A stretch of DNA of 64,000 bases from Candidatus Campbellbacteria bacterium (GCA_045863475.1 BTUR01000003.1:8647-72646), one strand, 5' to 3'; shown: positions 10,697 to 19,521, counted from the first letter of the stretch. Notes: a model not told the origin generated them from the letters alone. Numbers and translations: made by a program.

Positions 10697-11329
10697 CTAC
10701 GGTAGATATGCCGGATTTATTCTTACAAAACCTCGATCACTAGAATTAAAAAGGAATAAATCAACAACTTGAACTTCTTTTGCTACTCGTTTTTGAATAA
10801 CGCCACATGCGTCGTAGTACCTTTTCCCCTTAAATGGCTCACCCTTAAAAAAAGTTTCATGTATGTCGATATAGTCAGATGGCTCCTTTAAATCATGAGA
10901 AAACAAGTGTTCAAGCACGTAGCACCCCACCTCTTTTGAATCTAGACTTCCAAACACTATTTTTTTATCTTTGACTTCCAATACTCCATCCTTGAAAGAA
11001 AATCTAATTTTCTCATCGTCATCCGTATCAGTCCCTAAGTTTTTACAAATTGCTGGGTGTGCCTCCAAGTTTATGCAGTATTGTCCAAAAAGTTCCTCAT
11101 CGTTTGAATTTGCCGGAGTCGCCAAGTAGATATCTCCAACACCAATTACTGCGTAGTGTTCACTGATTTTATGTTTCAATATAGAAACACCCGCATCCAT
11201 TGAAAGACCCTGTCTTTTAAAGTTTACCTCTGAAAGAGTAATTGGGAAAAAATCGTCCTCTTGCTTTTGCTCGTGTGCAGGAAGGGCGGCACAAATTAAT
11301 TCCAGTACCTTTCGAACGTCGACTTCCAT
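10697..11329 (-). CDS. Hypothetical protein
   Basis: 210-aa ORF downstream of the HTH gene; no family recognised. Confidence 0.6.
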   Translation of the reverse strand: MEVDVRKVLELICAALPAHEQKQEDDFFPITLSEVNFKRQGLSMDAGVSILKHKISEHYAVIGVGDIYLATPANSNDEELFGQYCINLEAHPAICKNLGTDTDDDEKIRFSFKDGVLEVKDKKIVFGSLDSKEVGCYVLEHLFSHDLKEPSDYIDIHETFFKGEPFKGKRYYDACGVIQKRVAKEVQVVDLFLFNSSDRGFVRINPAYLP

Positions 11330-11337
11330 AGGTGCCC

Positions 11338-11550
11338 TTAAAAGTCCACAAGATCATTAACGCGCTTTCCCAAAGCGCGTGCAATTTTCTCCATATTTGT
11401 GAGGGTGATATTTTTCTCTGCACGTTCAATCATTCCGATATAGGTTCTATGAACCTTGGCTAGTTCTCCCAAACGCTCCTGGGAATAGCCCTTTCGCTCA
11501 CGTTCCTCTCGCACCCTTTTGCCAAATTGTATGAGTATTTGTTTGTTCAT
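11338..11550 (-). CDS. XRE HTH regulator (R-M controller C-protein-like)
   Basis: FGKRVR...SQERLGELAKVHRTYIGMIER.EKN. Confidence 0.9.
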   Translation of the reverse strand: MNKQILIQFGKRVREERERKGYSQERLGELAKVHRTYIGMIERAEKNITLTNMEKIARALGKRVNDLVDF

Positions 11551-11574
11551 ACCTACACCCACAGTGTAGGTAGT

Positions 11575-11609
11575 TGCTAACTATGGTTCTACATACTATA
11601 GTTAGCATA
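11575..11609. promoter_or_regulatory. Palindromic operator candidate
   Basis: TGCTAACTATGG...CTATAGTTAGCA inverted repeat; CATACTATAGTTAGCATA at 11592-11609 also occurs at 9635-9652. Confidence 0.6.
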
Positions 11610-11611
11610 TT

Positions 11612-11692
11612 ATGAACACCTATTATCGCCCCCTTCTTTATTTTATCTGCGGGCTCATCCTAAGCTTTGTTATATTGTCCTGGCTCAAATAA
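11612..11692 (+). CDS. Possible 26-aa single-TM peptide
   Basis: MNTYYRPLLYFICGLILSFVILSWLK, hand-translated. Confidence 0.3.
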   Translation: MNTYYRPLLYFICGLILSFVILSWLK

Positions 11693-11760
11693 GGGCTGAT
11701 TTGTAACGCCAAACGTGCTACAATTGCTTAAAATATGGCTAATATGCTACTCCAAAACCT

Positions 11761-12651
11761 ATGGCCACCACGCTTAAAGAAAGCTTTAGACAATTTGCAT
11801 CAAATGTAAATATTACAGATCGTCAAACGACGATTGTCTCAAACTGCAGGAATAACATTGTCAGTAAGATTGGTGCAAAATTGTCTTTGCACTCGGAACA
11901 GCCGTCAAAACTAATTGGTTCGTACGACAGAGATACTTCAACAAGATATCTAAGTGAGGGAGATGTTGATGTGATGGTTGTTTTACATTATGGAGACAAC
12001 GAAGACTGGGATAACAAAGACGGTGTTTCAAAATCGTTGAATCGGTTTAAGTCCATCCTACAAGAAGCATACCCGAAAACTACCTGTAAGATCGATAGAA
12101 ACTGTGTCACGATGAAATTATCCGAATTCCGTTTGGATGTCATTCCAACGTTTAGGTGGAATACCGGAGAATATACAATTCCAGATACACATCGTGGACA
12201 GTGGCTAAAAACTAACCCGGTAAGATTTGCCGAAGAGGTTACACGAATTAATAAACGAATGGATGGGACATTTATTCCCTTGATAAAAATGGTTAAGGCT
12301 TGGAACAGAGAATATACAAACAAACTTAGAGGATTTCACATCGAATGCATGATGATGGCACACTACAAGAATTATGATAAATCATACACGTATGATTCGA
12401 CCCTGAATGTGTTTTTTTCCAATCTTCCAAATTACTTAAATACAGCGTCATATGATCCAATTACAGGAGATAGGGTTGATTTATATCTCGACAACAGTTC
12501 TCTGGGCAACGATAGACAAACTTTTGTAAAGAGGGCTCAAAATACAGCAAAAAAATCTAAAGAAGCATACGAGGATGGAGAAAAATATCCGATCGTAGCT
12601 GTTGATGAATGGAAAGACATACTCGGTGAATTTTTCCCAGCTTATGGATAA
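11761..12651 (+). CDS. SMODS/CD-NTase nucleotidyltransferase (CBASS-like cyclase)
   Basis: GSYDRDT...DVD, LDVIP, W.KTNP, LIKMVKAWN, C-terminal W..ILG.FFP. Confidence 0.85.
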   Translation: MATTLKESFRQFASNVNITDRQTTIVSNCRNNIVSKIGAKLSLHSEQPSKLIGSYDRDTSTRYLSEGDVDVMVVLHYGDNEDWDNKDGVSKSLNRFKSILQEAYPKTTCKIDRNCVTMKLSEFRLDVIPTFRWNTGEYTIPDTHRGQWLKTNPVRFAEEVTRINKRMDGTFIPLIKMVKAWNREYTNKLRGFHIECMMMAHYKNYDKSYTYDSTLNVFFSNLPNYLNTASYDPITGDRVDLYLDNSSLGNDRQTFVKRAQNTAKKSKEAYEDGEKYPIVAVDEWKDILGEFFPAYG

Positions 12652-13471
12652 TCAACAGAAAGCAATCCAACTAAATCAAATTGCTAGAATGCTTTTTAAT
12701 AATGCATCCATTAAGTGGCAATTGTCTATAGGATTAGAACTACTGGCTGGACTCATTGGAGTGGTGGCAACTCTATTGGCAACCACTTTAGGTTGGCAAA
12801 TTTCTAGTGCCATTTGCGTTGTTGTTCTATTGCTCGTTGCCTATTACCTATGGTACTCATTCGAGAAAGATTACGATAACGCAGAAACAATGAGACGACA
12901 GTCAGTGCTAACAGAAGGACTTGGTTGGCCTATGACTGATGCCCAATTTTCTCATTGGAAAAGCAGGGTTGCGTCAAAACTTTTACAAAAGGCACTATGC
13001 AACAAACGTGATGATGATTACTACACCACAACCGAGAACGTAGGACCAGAACGTTTATTGCAGATGACGCAAGAATCAGTTTTTTGGACTAGGAATCTTT
13101 ATGAAAGGCTTTTTAAATATATACTGGTGTGTTTGGTGTTAGTGGTAATCTCTCTCATTATCACTTTAAATATTGCGGTATTACCTCAAGACGAACAAGT
13201 CAGGTTGAACATCCTACACTTTATTTATCTGGTTATACCGCTACTGCTCACGATTGATTTTTTTGGTTTAGTTCTTCGTTTGCATCGTGCGATTCAGTCT
13301 TTACTGGAAGTCGAAAGAGACTTAGATCGATTAACTAAAGCTGAACATTCCGTCGAGCATATAATGAGATTGGTCGCGGAATATAACTGTATACTTGCTT
13401 CAGGAGTACCTATACCTAACTGGCTATTTTCTCGTCATCATGATGAGATACAGGCGTGTTGGAAAGAATAA
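12644..13471 (+). CDS. SMODS-associated 4TM effector (S-4TM/Cap16-like)
   Basis: Two TM pairs flanking a YYTT...QESVFWT segment; overlaps the cyclase stop. Confidence 0.75.
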   Translation: MDNQQKAIQLNQIARMLFNNASIKWQLSIGLELLAGLIGVVATLLATTLGWQISSAICVVVLLLVAYYLWYSFEKDYDNAETMRRQSVLTEGLGWPMTDAQFSHWKSRVASKLLQKALCNKRDDDYYTTTENVGPERLLQMTQESVFWTRNLYERLFKYILVCLVLVVISLIITLNIAVLPQDEQVRLNILHFIYLVIPLLLTIDFFGLVLRLHRAIQSLLEVERDLDRLTKAEHSVEHIMRLVAEYNCILASGVPIPNWLFSRHHDEIQACWKE

Positions 13472-13473
13472 AT

Positions 13474-14019
13474 ATGTTAAACCGAATTTTTAAAAAGAAA
13501 AATACCCCATATTTCATAATAGTCATACTATTGGTTTGGGTTGCGTATCAGTACCTAGCAATTGCTAGTCTTAAGTCAACCGAGCTTTATCTGTATTCTT
13601 ATGTACCTCATGTTGAATTGAGTAGCACAAAATATCAGTCTGGAAGCGAGACACTATTTCACATCACAGGATTTGTAAAATTTAACAACACTACAGACCA
13701 ACCACGAAGACTTTGGCAATATCAGATTATTGAACCTTCAAACAAAATTGATGGGAGTGGAAATCGTATATACCTACTGACAGACATTATAAAATTGGAC
13801 TATGTACCACCGAGATATTTTGAACCAGTAGAAATCAAAGAGGTTCAAGATACAGGTTCTCTCGTTACCTTCACTGATGAGGCTGGCAACATATTCAGAA
13901 TCAACAAACTAACCGAAGAAGTATCGGTACAGGACACAACAGGAGATTCAACAACCCTTATAACAAATGAAAATGACTATAAGGACTTTATGAGAGAGTT
14001 TCTTCGGGGAGAGCAATAG
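13474..14019 (+). CDS. Hypothetical membrane-anchored protein
   Basis: N-terminal TM, beta-rich remainder. Confidence 0.6.
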   Translation: MLNRIFKKKNTPYFIIVILLVWVAYQYLAIASLKSTELYLYSYVPHVELSSTKYQSGSETLFHITGFVKFNNTTDQPRRLWQYQIIEPSNKIDGSGNRIYLLTDIIKLDYVPPRYFEPVEIKEVQDTGSLVTFTDEAGNIFRINKLTEEVSVQDTTGDSTTLITNENDYKDFMREFLRGEQ

Positions 14020-14020
14020 T

Positions 14021-14048
14021 GGTTCCAATATCGTCCCATAATGCCAAC
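14021..14048 (+). repeat. attP-arm repeat, copy 1
   Basis: GGTTCCAATATCGTCCCATAATGCCAAC, 27/28 identical to 14781-14808. Confidence 0.9.
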
Positions 14049-14062
14049 TCGATAACTATAGT

Positions 14063-14770
14063 ATGCAGGTAAAAACTTACTTGAACACCACCAAGGAAGA
14101 GGTGGAAGCAAAAGAACATAACATTTGGATTGGGATAAGTCTCGGAAACAAATATTTCACCAAAGAAAACATCCACGCATACATTTTGTGGGCACTTAAG
14201 CATACGAAAGATGATGTGCTTGTGGCAATTATTGACGATATCTATGCAATAAATCTCGAGGTTTTTGATAAGCGATCAAAGGACTCTTCACTTCGTAGGG
14301 CGCGCAGAAAGGGCGATACAAAGGCCGTCGAGGTTCAGGAAATTGTCGATGGTTTGTCTGGTAGGGATAAGGCGCGGGTTCATATAGTTCGGTGGATTGA
14401 CTTAATCAACTCAAAATACCACTCATACAGAACCAAGATACTGTATGACGAGTTTGAATCAAATAAAGCTTTTCACGACTACATTCTCGAGATTATCAGG
14501 GAAGGAAGAAGTGATAGGTTGCAAGAGCTAGACGAAGCGGGGATAGAAAAGTTGGCGGAGTATGTTCTTAAGGAGATACCAGTTTTCATCAACGGGGCAA
14601 AATACAAGACAAAAGATGGGTGGAAAACATACTCACTTATTCCATATCCAGGTCTTACAAAACTCGACGAATTGTTTATTGGTTTGCAGAATAAGGATCT
14701 TTTCTCCGAACTTGCGGAAAAACTAAAGATAACTGATAAGATTGCTATACTCGAGGCTTATCCTCGTTAA
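14063..14770 (+). CDS. tRNA-dependent cyclodipeptide synthase (CDPS)
   Basis: GISLGNKYF and YVLKEIP motifs, PYP; 235 aa. Confidence 0.85.
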   Translation: MQVKTYLNTTKEEVEAKEHNIWIGISLGNKYFTKENIHAYILWALKHTKDDVLVAIIDDIYAINLEVFDKRSKDSSLRRARRKGDTKAVEVQEIVDGLSGRDKARVHIVRWIDLINSKYHSYRTKILYDEFESNKAFHDYILEIIREGRSDRLQELDEAGIEKLAEYVLKEIPVFINGAKYKTKDGWKTYSLIPYPGLTKLDELFIGLQNKDLFSELAEKLKITDKIAILEAYPR

Positions 14771-14780
14771 ATAAGGCGAC

Positions 14781-14808
14781 GGTTCCAACATCGTCCCATA
14801 ATGCCAAC
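14781..14808 (+). repeat. attP-arm repeat, copy 2 (probable right junction)
   Basis: GGTTCCAACATCGTCCCATAATGCCAAC followed by AA. Confidence 0.9.
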
Positions 14809-14810
14809 AA

Positions 14811-15024
14811 TGGAAAATTTGGCGGCTTCTGCCGCCTGAAATTTTGCATATTTTGCGCCGGACTAGGATTCGATGGCCGCAGGCGCGCCATTGGTCCAAG
14901 CGCCGAGGCGGGGTCGAGAGTACTTTGCATTTTGTCGTGTACGCGAGCAAAATGCTTAGTAACTCGTGACAGAATCCTGGTCCTATAGGGTTTACGGATC
15001 GAAGGAGAATCCTAGTCCAATAAC
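14811..15024 (+). repeat. Displaced tRNA-Gln trailer
   Basis: GCCGGACTAGGATTCGA (14857-14873) is the reverse complement of 8164-8180; hairpin core 14907-14970; T-arm copies at 14972 and 15007. Confidence 0.85.
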
Positions 15025-15048
15025 ATTAAGATTTAATCCAATTCATAA

Positions 15049-15678
15049 ATGATATTTCTCACCTCAAGTGTCGGTTCCGTTGCCACACATCTCTACAAGA
15101 ACTTTCTTGCCGACAAAGGGTTTATATCGGTGCTTTTTATTGATACTGCGGCTGAACCAGAAATCGGCAACGGAGAAGATGATGGGTGGCTTCAAAATGA
15201 CCTTCAGTCTCTTCGGGATCAGGGGTACAGAGTGGATCGGTACACAATAACAGGGAAGGAGCGAGGTGAGATTGAAAGGAAGCTCGATGAGTATGATGTT
15301 ATCTACATGTCTGGTGGCAACACGGCTTATTTACTCGACCAGTTGCAGAAGACAAACTCCTTCACTCTAATCAAGGAAAAGGTTGGTCACGGCAAGCCGT
15401 ATATCGCTACGAGTGCAGGTTCGATTATCGCCGGCCCCAGAATTCCCGAGTATCTTAGGGAGGGGGAGCCTGCTCTCGATGATTACACCGCATTCGGTTT
15501 TGTTAATTTTGTAGTGGCCCCGCATTGGGGTTCGGATATATTTAGAGATGAGTACATAGGAGGAAGAATTGAAACCGCATACAGGCTTGATCAGCCGCCG
15601 TATGTTCTTTTGAACGATATGCAGTATATCTTCGTCAACGACGACGGTTTAGTTAGAATCGTAGAGACAAAACCATAA
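15049..15678 (+). CDS. Peptidase S51 (peptidase E-like)
   Basis: YMSGGNT, TSAGS, PHW. Confidence 0.85.
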   Translation: MIFLTSSVGSVATHLYKNFLADKGFISVLFIDTAAEPEIGNGEDDGWLQNDLQSLRDQGYRVDRYTITGKERGEIERKLDEYDVIYMSGGNTAYLLDQLQKTNSFTLIKEKVGHGKPYIATSAGSIIAGPRIPEYLREGEPALDDYTAFGFVNFVVAPHWGSDIFRDEYIGGRIETAYRLDQPPYVLLNDMQYIFVNDDGLVRIVETKP

Positions 15679-15716
15679 CTCGAATCCTAGTCCGGGGTAT
15701 TTTAATTTTTTCAACC

Positions 15717-16883
15717 ATGAAAGTTCTACTCACCGGTGTTGCTGGAACGGGAAAATCGACGCTCACAAAAGCCTTGGTGGGAAGAGGAATTGCAGCGATA
15801 GACCTCCACGACATCCCCGGTCTGTGTTATTGGCAGGACAAAAAGACAAAACAAAAAGTTGAATATGTTCCAACCAACTCGCGAGAATGGTTTGATACGG
15901 TGGACCGCTTATGCGACATCGAGCAATTGAAAGAGGTTCTTAATCAACAAGACAGCATTATTGTCGCAGGTACAGCAGGCGAGAGTCAGAGCGAATATCT
16001 TCCGCTTTTTGATAAAGTTATACTTTTGCAATGTAGTCCAGAAACTGTTGTACGCCGTATGCAAACACGGACCAATAAATCTGGATACGGAAAAACAAAA
16101 GCAGAACAGGATGACACCGTTGAGTGGCAGAAAGGATTTGACTCAGAACTTCTCTCACGTGGTGCGATTCCTCTTAATACGGAAGGTGATGTTGATGAAA
16201 CCGTAGACAGAATTATTGAGATAACAAAAATACCCTCGCGGTCCTGGTCCAGAAACAAAAACATGAGTGCAACAAAGGAAGAAATTGAGGTTATTTTTCT
16301 TGAAATCGACAAAGACGAGGTGGAGAAGAAACTCGCCGCTCTTGGCGCCACAAAAACACGTGATTTCTTTTACCGGCATGCCTCATTCGATTATCCAGAT
16401 TATCGGCTCAATAAAGACAACAGCTGGATACGCTTGCGTGATGAGGACGGAGAAGTGCGATTGGCATTCAAGAAGCGTCTTGGCGTTACATCGCAGGACG
16501 GCAGCACGAACGACGAGGGTATGGAAGAAATTGAAACCACCGTGGGAAATTATGAAAATACCAAAATCCTTCTAGGAAAGGTTGGGTTCATCGAGAAACA
16601 CGAAGCAGAAAAGAAACGGACACGGTGGCAGTTGGGGGAGACAGAATTCGATATCGACACATGGCCGGGCATCCCGACGTTCCTTGAAATCGAGGCACCG
16701 TCATGGGAAGCGATTGATGAGGCAACGCAATCCCTCGGGTTGGACCCGAAGAGCAGAAAAATCTGCTCGGTGAACCAGGTGTACCGCATGTACGGTATGG
16801 ATGTTGATGATTATCAGAAACTCAGCTTCAACGGATTGGTCAAGAAACAACCGAATCTTAGTCCGGCAACAAATAAAAAATAA
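15717..16883 (+). CDS. P-loop NMP-kinase-like domain read through into a CYTH domain (own ATG at 16263)
   Basis: GVAGTGKST; EIEVIF, WIRLR, EEIET, KKRTRW, FLEIE. Confidence 0.8.
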   Translation: MKVLLTGVAGTGKSTLTKALVGRGIAAIDLHDIPGLCYWQDKKTKQKVEYVPTNSREWFDTVDRLCDIEQLKEVLNQQDSIIVAGTAGESQSEYLPLFDKVILLQCSPETVVRRMQTRTNKSGYGKTKAEQDDTVEWQKGFDSELLSRGAIPLNTEGDVDETVDRIIEITKIPSRSWSRNKNMSATKEEIEVIFLEIDKDEVEKKLAALGATKTRDFFYRHASFDYPDYRLNKDNSWIRLRDEDGEVRLAFKKRLGVTSQDGSTNDEGMEEIETTVGNYENTKILLGKVGFIEKHEAEKKRTRWQLGETEFDIDTWPGIPTFLEIEAPSWEAIDEATQSLGLDPKSRKICSVNQVYRMYGMDVDDYQKLSFNGLVKKQPNLSPATNKK

Positions 16884-16888
16884 TTTGT

Positions 16889-17020
16889 ATGCATAAGGCA
16901 GAACCATCTGAAGAGCTGTTGCAATGTTATGACGAGGAAGGAAATCATTCCGAACCGCCAATTGCAGAGCTATCTGGAAATTGTAATTTTCATACTCCAT
17001 ATATTGACTTTCCAATATAA
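16889..17020 (+). pseudogene. Truncated NUDIX paralogue fragment
   Basis: MHKAEPSEELLQCYDEEG matches the N-terminus MHKAEPPQELLQCYDDQG of the gene at 20030. Confidence 0.7.
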
Positions 17021-17032
17021 AGATGATATAAT
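17004..17032 (+). promoter_or_regulatory. Sigma70 promoter
   Basis: TTGACT-N17-TATAAT. Confidence 0.7.
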
Positions 17033-17092
17033 CCCCATCGGAGGCATCAGGAGGTGCTTCTTCCAAAACAACCATTTCGGAGGGAGGTCTCC

Positions 17093-17896
17093 TTGAAAAA
17101 CGAATATCCTGATTCACGCTGGTTGAGCACTGCGCTCGCCCTGCCTGCCGGTCAGATCATGGCTGAGAAGTTCAGTGTGGGCACAACCTCGGTTTGGAAG
17201 TCCGACCGGACTCCCGTCACCGAGGCCGACACCCAGATCAACGAGCTCGTCCTCAACGCACTTCGCCGCCACTACCCCCACATCCACGTGATCTCGGAGG
17301 AAGGCAATGGCGAGGTGGACGGCGCCGAGTATCGCATCCTCTGCGATCCTCTCGACGGCACGTTTGCGTTCATGTACGGGCTTCCGATTTCGTCGTTCTG
17401 CATCTCGGTGCTCCGCGAGAACACGGTCCTGTCGTCGGTCATCTATGACCCGTTCTGCAAGAGAATGTGGTCGGCGGATCGAGGCAAGGGCGCGTTCCTC
17501 AACGGAGCTCCGACGCGGGTCAACGTGATCGACGGCATCACGAAGCCCAATCCGGTGAACGTGTGCATCGTGTGGTGGCAGGGATGCTACTACAATATGC
17601 ACGCAGTCGCTGGTGAGGTCATGGCCGCCAACATGCACGTCATGCAACCCATGACGATCGCACTATGTGGAGGCCTCATCGCTTCGGGCACGCTCGAGGC
17701 GACTGTGTTTCCCGGTCAGAGAGGTTGGGAAACGGCTGCGATGGGTCTGATTGTGGAAGAGTCCGGTGGCAAGGTCACCGACATCCACGGCAATCCCGTC
17801 CAGTACGGACCGACCGCCGAGATCGAAGGGCACATCATCAGCAACGGCACCCTCGTTCACAACTCGCTTGTCGATATCGTGCGGAGGTGTCAGTAA
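17093..17896 (+). CDS. Inositol monophosphatase family protein
   Basis: PVTEAD, SEE, DPLDGT, WE.AA...IVEESGG; SD GGGAGGT before TTG. Confidence 0.9.
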   Translation: MKNEYPDSRWLSTALALPAGQIMAEKFSVGTTSVWKSDRTPVTEADTQINELVLNALRRHYPHIHVISEEGNGEVDGAEYRILCDPLDGTFAFMYGLPISSFCISVLRENTVLSSVIYDPFCKRMWSADRGKGAFLNGAPTRVNVIDGITKPNPVNVCIVWWQGCYYNMHAVAGEVMAANMHVMQPMTIALCGGLIASGTLEATVFPGQRGWETAAMGLIVEESGGKVTDIHGNPVQYGPTAEIEGHIISNGTLVHNSLVDIVRRCQ

Positions 17897-17967
17897 CAGG
17901 AATCAGGCAGAAGACAGGGACCCAATGGCCACGAGCCAGTGGGTCCCTTTTGCTATATACTTTTTAC

Positions 17968-18933
17968 ATGGATATACTCTCAGCTTTTAAAGAGGGAAAG
18001 GTAGATGGAGAAAACTCAACACCTGAACATATTGTTACGGGTATTTCAAACATTTTTGTATTTGAAACAAAGGCATACAAACTCTATAAGAGTGACAGTC
18101 AATTTTTTAACGAGAATTTCAACGACCTGTCTAAGAAAGAAAATAGATTCTCTTTCACGAGGAAAGATTTTGAATGGAATAACCGTCTGAGTCCTGAGAT
18201 TTACACTCAACTAAAAGGGGTGGTGGTTAGTGATGGTCGAGTTAAGTTTGTCGATCCAACAGATTCTGTTGAAGAGCTTGTGATTGTTATGAATAAGATT
18301 GACATGTCAGATCAGGTCATCCGAAAGCTTGTAGACAATCAGCTGTCACTTAACGATTGTTATGAAATCGGAAAGCAGTTCGGCGAACGCTCTTTAAAAC
18401 TTCCTCCGGCAAGTGTGAATATAACTGCGTACAAAGATTTCCTCACTCGTCATCACGATGAAGCTGCTTGGATAAAGAGTGTGAAGGAGGTGCCGGAAGA
18501 TGAAGCCGACAAGTATCTTACGTTCGTTAAAGATTGTATCGAGAAATACCGCGAGATCCTTGAAAGTTCTAACCAAATAGGGCTCTGTTTAGATGTGCAT
18601 GCTGATAACGCAATTTATACGAATGGCACCTTTTTGCCCATAGATACGTATGCACCAAAGGAAGCCTGGCTGTATGGATTCAAAAATATAAATATCTACA
18701 GAATTGCGACGGATTTCTATGTCTTCCTGGGTGAGGAAGCTTTTAATGAGGTTATTCGTGGTTATGAGGATGCAACTGGTCAAAAGCTTCCAAGGGACTG
18801 GGATACTTTCATGGTTGTTTATTGTGAGATCATCATGTGGCCGTATCAATACATGCTTGCCGAAAAACAACCTTGGAGAAAAGATATCGCAGAAAAGCAT
18901 CATACATTTTTGAGGTCGTTGGTGCTTAAGTAA
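17968..18933 (+). CDS. Aminoglycoside-phosphotransferase/kinase-like fold protein
   Basis: AYKLYK, NNRLSPEIY, DVHADN, IDT motifs. Confidence 0.6.
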   Translation: MDILSAFKEGKVDGENSTPEHIVTGISNIFVFETKAYKLYKSDSQFFNENFNDLSKKENRFSFTRKDFEWNNRLSPEIYTQLKGVVVSDGRVKFVDPTDSVEELVIVMNKIDMSDQVIRKLVDNQLSLNDCYEIGKQFGERSLKLPPASVNITAYKDFLTRHHDEAAWIKSVKEVPEDEADKYLTFVKDCIEKYREILESSNQIGLCLDVHADNAIYTNGTFLPIDTYAPKEAWLYGFKNINIYRIATDFYVFLGEEAFNEVIRGYEDATGQKLPRDWDTFMVVYCEIIMWPYQYMLAEKQPWRKDIAEKHHTFLRSLVLK

Positions 18934-18935
18934 AA

Positions 18936-18964
18936 TTCCCAGCATCGTCCCATAAGGTCAACAA
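18936..18964 (+). repeat. attP-arm repeat, copy 3 (diverged)
   Basis: TTCCCAGCATCGTCCCATAAGGTCAACAA, two bases after the stop codon. Confidence 0.75.
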
Positions 18965-18977
18965 AAAAATTCTTACC

Positions 18978-19478
18978 ATGAAAATTTACGTAACCGGTAT
19001 TTCCGGATCAGGTAAAACTAGTATCGCTCGACTTCTTAATGAGCACGGTGTATCGGCCGTCGATATTGATGAAATTAGCCACTGGGAAAATAAAGGGACA
19101 AAAGAAAGAACGGGATGGGACCACGATAAGAGCGACGAATGGTACGCGACACATGAGTGGATTTGTGATATTCAGAAACTGAAAGAGGTGCTTCTGTCAT
19201 CAGAGCATATTGTGGTTGTTGGACACGCGGCCAATCAAGAGGAGTACTTTCCTCTTTTCGATAAATCGTACGTGCTCCTGTGTAGCCCTGAGACCATTGT
19301 TGCGCGTCTAAACGCGAGAACGGATAATGATTTTGGAAAACACCCTGCCGATCAAAAGAGAATCCTTGGTTGGCAAAAAAGCTTTGAATCTGAAATGATC
19401 GAGAAGGGCGCAGAGCCACTAGACGCGGAGCGACCCTTAGAAGAAGTTATTGCGGATATCCGTTCAAATTTTTCATAA
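18978..19478 (+). CDS. P-loop NMP/shikimate-kinase-like protein
   Basis: GISGSGKT; paralogous to the N-domain at 15717 (PLFDK...L.CSPET.V.R...RT.N..GK). Confidence 0.8.
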   Translation: MKIYVTGISGSGKTSIARLLNEHGVSAVDIDEISHWENKGTKERTGWDHDKSDEWYATHEWICDIQKLKEVLLSSEHIVVVGHAANQEEYFPLFDKSYVLLCSPETIVARLNARTDNDFGKHPADQKRILGWQKSFESEMIEKGAEPLDAERPLEEVIADIRSNFS

Positions 19479-19521
19479 AAACGACGATTTCAAAACGATT
19501 CTGTAGGGCTAGTAAGTAAAT

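Larger units (their letters stand above)
8184..14808. mobile_element. Integrative element with rolling-circle Rep at tRNA-Gln(CTG)
   Basis: AT-rich block; recombinase at left end; CAACAA core shared by tRNA end (8180-8185) and 14805-14810; tRNA trailer resumes after 14810. Confidence 0.8.

Noticed and set aside
8171-14808. Inovirus prophage
   Set aside because: The Rep is compatible, but no Zot/pI ATPase or coat-protein cluster is visible.
17665-17967. N-terminal extension of the 422-aa ORF
   Set aside because: Overlaps the IMPase gene and crosses its terminator; the real start is likely 17968.
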